From an uncultured Methanosarcinales archaeon (GTDB taxonomy: Archaea > Nanobdellota > Nanobdellia > Woesearchaeales > JAGVZT01): DNA of 64,000 nucleotides. The stretch covers positions 8,054-72,053 of the forward strand of contig CAYQPU010000003.1 in NCBI GenBank assembly GCA_964419615.1, written 5' to 3'. Made by a program: the position numbers and the translations under genes. Below are positions 59,411 to 64,000 of this stretch, in pieces (the stretch's first letter is position 1; every line of letters starts with the position of its first letter). The notes under the pieces were generated by a model that searched no databases, was not told the DNA's origin, and was given only the letters and a program-made list of their open reading frames with translations.

Positions 59411-61204
59411 TTAGTCTCTTAACATGAATTTTTCTAAGTGTTTTTTAGCCTTTATTCTTTCTTTTTGATGATTTGTTAGGAATTTGTTCAGCTTGTCAAT
59501 TAACATTTGTTTAAGCTCACCAGATAGTAAATCCCCGTTTTTATAACTGTGATAAACTTCTTCTAATTTTTTGTCGCTTTTTTCAAACACAGAAAGCCAT
59601 TGATAAGAATAATCCACATCAGGATTACCTCCTAATTCTCTATGCTTCTTGAGGGTATCTTGTCCACCTGAGAAAGCATACTTCATAATCTTTTTCTTAA
59701 CTTCTTGGGGAGTATCTGTTGTAAATATTGCCGTATGTTTTTGTGAGGCAGACATTTTTTCTTTAGAAGTTCCAAGCCCTGGTAAAAACCTGTTGTGAAT
59801 TTGTGCTGGTTTATAGTATCCCAATTTTGGAGCAACCTCTCTTGCAATACCTCTCCAATATGCATCTTGATCTATTGCTGCGGGAATAAGAACTGGAATA
59901 TTCTTCTTTTTTAGAACGCTTGGCAGGAAACAAGGAGCAGCCTGCATACTTGTATAAAAAATAATCCCAATATTTGATTGGTTAGTAAAACCAAAAACAC
60001 CTTTTGCTTGGGAATAAGTGATTCTCTTGGCAATTTTTAAGGCAATTTTATACAATGTTTTGGAATACTCTGTATTGATAATTATTTTTGTTTTTTTGGG
60101 TTTGAATCCTAATGCGATTAAGTCTAAAGCATTATCATATCCATAAGCTGTTGTTTGCTCCAATGTAAGATCTTTAACAAGGAATTTTTCATCATCAACT
60201 ATCTGGAAGTAAAATTCAGATCCAAATTTATCTTGAATCCATTTTGTGAACATCCATGGAACCAAATGTCCTATGTGGGTTGTTCCAGAAGGACCTCTAC
60301 CAGTGTACAAAGCAAATTTATTTCCTTTTTCATATTCATTTAGTATGAAATCCATATCTCTGTGACTAAAGAAAATCTTTCTTGTCAAAAAGTGATGTAA
60401 CTCACCTACATTTGATTCAATTCGTTTAAGTAGTTTATTTGTAATCGGTTTTGTTCCAAATTCAACAATTAATCGATTATAATCAATATCTCCTTTAACT
60501 TCCCAAGGTGTTACAACAAATTCTTGGCCCAAGGATTCTTCAATTTCCTTAACTTTGAAAGTCTCAATTGTTGATTTTTTTTGAGATATTCCTTTCAGGT
60601 ATTTTACAAGTGTATTTATCATTGATTTGCTTTCAGAGTCTGTGACTTTTCCAAAAAACCAAAAAAAGTAAACTGTGTTCTTTGTCTTATCAGTTATCTT
60701 TGTGGCATTATCCTGGCCATACAACAGACTAGTAATACAAATGTTGTTTTGTTTTAGAATAATATCATTAGGAACCAAATCTTGCTTCTTATTTGCAATG
60801 TTAGTAAAAGGCTCATCTCCATCAGTAATATCAAAAATGAGTGTATCTTTGATTGTGTCAAGATCATGTCCAGATACTAAACAATAATGCTTCATCTCTG
60901 TTATAAACAAAATATCTTTTAAAACAGAGTCAGTAGGAATCTCTTTACCTCCTTTAATGGAGTCTAATTGATATTGAATTGGATTAGTCTTTCCAAAATT
61001 TTTAAAGAACACATTATCTTTCCTGACAATTGGTATTTTAGAGGAATCTTTGATTTTGCATATCTTTTTTTCAATTAATTTTTTCTCTTTTTCTAATGAA
61101 ACATCCTTTTGTTTATTTGAAAGGTTCTGTGCTGTCACAGTAAAAAACTTTACATTTGGATACTTTGACAGTAACCTTTTAGTTAGTTTAACTTGTGTTT
61201 TCAT
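59411..61204 (-). CDS. trpS: tryptophanyl-tRNA synthetase fused to N-terminal B3/4-like domain
   Basis: YTGRGPSG..HIGH, DDEK, QAAP, AIDQD, KMSAS; about 225-aa N-extension with HDLDTI..GDE.F..DII..D.AT.IT..TKN pattern. Confidence 0.9.
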   Translation of the reverse strand: MKTQVKLTKRLLSKYPNVKFFTVTAQNLSNKQKDVSLEKEKKLIEKKICKIKDSSKIPIVRKDNVFFKNFGKTNPIQYQLDSIKGGKEIPTDSVLKDILFITEMKHYCLVSGHDLDTIKDTLIFDITDGDEPFTNIANKKQDLVPNDIILKQNNICITSLLYGQDNATKITDKTKNTVYFFWFFGKVTDSESKSMINTLVKYLKGISQKKSTIETFKVKEIEESLGQEFVVTPWEVKGDIDYNRLIVEFGTKPITNKLLKRIESNVGELHHFLTRKIFFSHRDMDFILNEYEKGNKFALYTGRGPSGTTHIGHLVPWMFTKWIQDKFGSEFYFQIVDDEKFLVKDLTLEQTTAYGYDNALDLIALGFKPKKTKIIINTEYSKTLYKIALKIAKRITYSQAKGVFGFTNQSNIGIIFYTSMQAAPCFLPSVLKKKNIPVLIPAAIDQDAYWRGIAREVAPKLGYYKPAQIHNRFLPGLGTSKEKMSASQKHTAIFTTDTPQEVKKKIMKYAFSGGQDTLKKHRELGGNPDVDYSYQWLSVFEKSDKKLEEVYHSYKNGDLLSGELKQMLIDKLNKFLTNHQKERIKAKKHLEKFMLRD

Positions 61205-61250
61205 CTTATCTTTCGGTGTTTAGGATAATATTTAAAAGTTTTGGAAATAT

Positions 61251-62153
61251 TCATTGCTCATCCATAGCATTTCTATATGGTTTAATTATATTGTCAATCA
61301 CTAATCTTCGAGCTTTTCTTCTTAGTTTTTTTCCTTTTAGTCTCCTAATATAATCCTGAGTAAAGTAATCTTTCCCAAGTATTTGCCCTGCAAGGGAAGC
61401 TACAGTTAGCAAGTACCTTGATGCGGTTTCAGGTCCCATCTGGGATCTGTTCTTAGAAATATACATTACATCATCAAAAAATATTCTCTGACCATTTGTT
61501 GTTCCCCTATGGGTTGGAACGTAATGAACCACTTTTTCTGGAACTCTTGATCCAACTGCATAAGCATCAATAAGATACCCAAAACTTAGATCCATTCCTA
61601 GTCTCTTCATAATGAGATCATATTGTTTCTCTTTGTCGGGACCAATCTTTGTTTCAATTCCAAGAGTTCTTTGAAGATACTCAACACAAGCGATCTCATG
61701 TAGTGTGTATAAATATGCTGACTGATTTTCTTGATACATTTCAGGAATTGTATCTCTAACTAGATCTTCAAGACCAAGGGAATGTATGTCTGACAATATC
61801 TCTTTAAATACTCCTTTGTACTCATCTGTATTCAGAAACTGAGAACAGGACAAAATATTTGGCTCAAACCCAAAAACTTTTTGTAGTACCTGTAAAGTTT
61901 CCAATATTGCATTATGTCCTTTTGTAACCTGTTCATTTGGTACCTAGTTAAACATGTGGAATACATCAGTTATTAGAATATGGTACTCTTTTGTACCTAT
62001 TCCAGCAAAAAAGGTTGTGATAATATCAATTGGTACACCTTGGTGCCCAAAACCTAAACCAGTAAGAACTATCTTTCCTTCTAGATCTATTCCAACTGGA
62101 TTTGTTTCTTTGATAAGACTGCCAAAGACAACCACCTTTTGAAGTATTTCCAA
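61251..62153 (-). pseudogene. class Ic aaRS-fold/CDPS-like protein B, interrupted by one in-frame TAG (61946-61944)
   Basis: track ORFs 61944-62153 and 61251-61904 share a frame; YTLHE, KIGPDKE..YD; no HIGH or KMSKS. Confidence 0.6.
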
Positions 62154-62161
62154 AACAATCT

Positions 62162-63325
62162 CTAATCATTTTTCTTTTCTCCTTCTGATTCATATCTAGT
62201 AAATGAAGTTAATTTTTTATTCAATATGAATCTATCAATTCCATTCTTAGATGCTAAAACTTTTTTTTGGTGGATATCTAGTAATTCAATTATGAAATCT
62301 GTTGTAATCTTTTTAATCTCAGATGCATTCATCTCTCCAGATTTGTATTTACCATGAATATTATTTACAAATTCAGTATTTGGGTGATGGTAATTTAACA
62401 GTTGAAAAACACTACAAATCTCTGGAATCGCACCATACTTTTTGTGATCTTCAAGTTTGTCTAAACATCCTGTAAATGCTTGATTTATCTTTTCCTGTAC
62501 TTGTTTTGGTGTGTCAGACAGGAAAATCGCTGTCTCTGGTTTTGAGCCAGACATCTTCTTCTCTGGATCTCTCAAACCTTGCAAAAAATTAACTGTAATT
62601 TCTGATGGAGGAATCATACCAAATCTTTTAGCAATTTTTCTGGCAAGCAATATGTATGGATGCTGGTCAGGTCCAACTGGGATGAGTGTGTGTTTTGGAC
62701 CACCAGATTCATTTAATTGAGGAAGTAAAATCTGAGCAACTTGTACAGAACCTCTGTAGGTCATTTGAGAGACATTCTTTAAAGCTCTGTCTCCAAATAA
62801 TTGCTGAACAGTCTTTACTGAAATTTCTTTGCCAAGATGCATAGCAAAATTATACAATTCAGGAAAATCAGAGTCCACAAATATTTTTGTCTTTTCTGGA
62901 TCAAATCCAAAGGCAATTATGTTTGGGATAATCTCTTCATAAGCCATTCTTCTGCTCTCTTTTAAACTCTCACTTTTTCCATCAGCATAAGACTCATCAT
63001 TAGTCACAGGAATTATTATGTTTGCACCTATTTTCTGAAGAGAAATCAACAAGTCAAATAGTACTTTGTGACCCAGGTGAAGCTGTGAAGATGAATTTAG
63101 GCCAGAAACCACAGTGAACTCTTCATTATTCGCAATATACTTAGCAATCTTTTCAAAATCAAGATGAGCAATAACAATATCTCTATCAAATTGAATACTT
63201 TTCCCTTCAAAATATTTTTTTATTCTCGAAAATGATTCCAAATTACTTGAATCAAGCTTTTCTGTAAGATCTTTTTCAAGCTTTCTTTGAATTTTCAACT
63301 TCTTTTCATACTCTGGACAAGTCAT
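62162..63325 (-). CDS. second, divergent TrpRS-like synthetase
   Basis: SGLNSSSQLHLGH, NDES, QVAQILLPQL..GGP, PVGPDQHPY, KMSGS. Confidence 0.85.
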   Translation of the reverse strand: MTCPEYEKKLKIQRKLEKDLTEKLDSSNLESFSRIKKYFEGKSIQFDRDIVIAHLDFEKIAKYIANNEEFTVVSGLNSSSQLHLGHKVLFDLLISLQKIGANIIIPVTNDESYADGKSESLKESRRMAYEEIIPNIIAFGFDPEKTKIFVDSDFPELYNFAMHLGKEISVKTVQQLFGDRALKNVSQMTYRGSVQVAQILLPQLNESGGPKHTLIPVGPDQHPYILLARKIAKRFGMIPPSEITVNFLQGLRDPEKKMSGSKPETAIFLSDTPKQVQEKINQAFTGCLDKLEDHKKYGAIPEICSVFQLLNYHHPNTEFVNNIHGKYKSGEMNASEIKKITTDFIIELLDIHQKKVLASKNGIDRFILNKKLTSFTRYESEGEKKND

Positions 63326-63999
63326 TTTAACCTCTGGATGATATCTTCTTGCACTTGATGTGGAATCATCTTAATGTTCTGTTTGTCTAATTCAAATTCT
63401 TTGAATTCACTAAAATTATCCTCTCTGCATCTCTTTGCTAAATCAAGAATAATCTGTAAATCAAGCAGAGGGTTTGGGAGTGAATCATCAGAAGGGATAA
63501 ATGTTTTTTCAATTAATTTCTTTGAATCTTCTAATCTTGTTTTGTCCAAAATAATTCTATATCCCTGTAGTCTATTACTGCCAGCCTTGTAAGGTGTAAC
63601 TCCAAACTCATCTATCTGGGGATTTTCTAAAAAGAAGTCAAAATTTTTCCCCAATGGATAAGTTGGTTTAACATAAATGCCAATTAGTTTATTCTTGTTA
63701 AGCTTGTTTGCAATTTCTTGAGCAATAATATCATAATTAATCTCTCTGGGTGGTCCAATTTTAACATCATACCCCAAAATTAATGCAACTTCTTCTCTAG
63801 TATACAGATAATCTTTTTCCTCTTCCTCCTTAATCTTACTAGTGATCACAGTTGAACTCAGCATTTCTTTTATATCCTTACTTTCCAAGATGCATTGAGT
63901 TACTTTTTTAAAATCAGTTTTAAACTGCTCAGTTTCAAATAATTCACTCATCAAAATTATATTTGATTTGAGATTAAAAACAAGTTTTATCTTTTTTAT
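63322..63999 (-). CDS. class Ic aaRS-fold/CDPS-like protein A (5'-partial, open to window edge)
   Basis: YTREE, KIGPPRE..YD, YPLG, VTPY, GYRIILD align with protein B; frame open upstream as IKKIKLVFNLKSNII. Confidence 0.65.
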   Translation of the reverse strand: MKKIKLVFNLKSNIILMSELFETEQFKTDFKKVTQCILESKDIKEMLSSTVITSKIKEEEEKDYLYTREEVALILGYDVKIGPPREINYDIIAQEIANKLNKNKLIGIYVKPTYPLGKNFDFFLENPQIDEFGVTPYKAGSNRLQGYRIILDKTRLEDSKKLIEKTFIPSDDSLPNPLLDLQIILDLAKRCREDNFSEFKEFELDKQNIKMIPHQVQEDIIQRLK

Positions 64000-64000
64000 T

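Noticed and set aside
61944-61946. Genome-wide TAG reassignment or pyrrolysine
   Set aside because: mcm, endA and the TrpRS paralog all end on TAG at expected C-termini; no pyl genes in the window
1-64000. CRISPR arrays, IS elements, rRNA genes; the many 60-150 aa antisense track ORFs
   Set aside because: No regularly spaced repeats, transposase motifs or rRNA signatures were seen; the short ORFs overlap well-supported genes and lack motifs

Overview
AT-rich archaeal chromosome segment, most consistent with a DPANN lineage (Woesearchaeota-like; inferred from PolD, TBP, an archaeal ribosomal/RNAP cluster, no metabolic genes and DPANN-type pilin-like ORFs). Most of it is housekeeping: PolD, MCM, RPA, FEN1, RadA/RadB, TBP, aIF2b, the S13-S4-S11-RpoD-tRNALeu-L18e-L13-S9-RpoN cluster, LeuRS, PAN, CDC48, TldD/E and tRNA-modification enzymes. 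RNA genes missed by the ORF track are SRP RNA, RNase P RNA with a greatly expanded P3, tRNA-Leu(GAG) with two non-canonical introns, and a probable box C/D sRNA. There are also two ~147-nt paralogous structured elements that show compensatory base changes and that I cannot assign to a known family. An ORB-containing candidate replication origin lies next to tbp/mcm. Accessory loci are (i) an RHS polymorphic-toxin cassette array, (ii) a cluster of about 11 type IV pilin-like proteins, one carrying a degenerate NlpC/P60 fold, and (iii) at the right edge, two CDPS-like class Ic aaRS-fold proteins lacking HIGH/KMSKS, flanking a divergent second TrpRS, next to a TrpRS fused to a B3/4 editing-type domain. 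Locus (iii) and the two-copy RNA are the best candidates for undescribed systems. All family assignments come from motif recognition by eye, not database searches.
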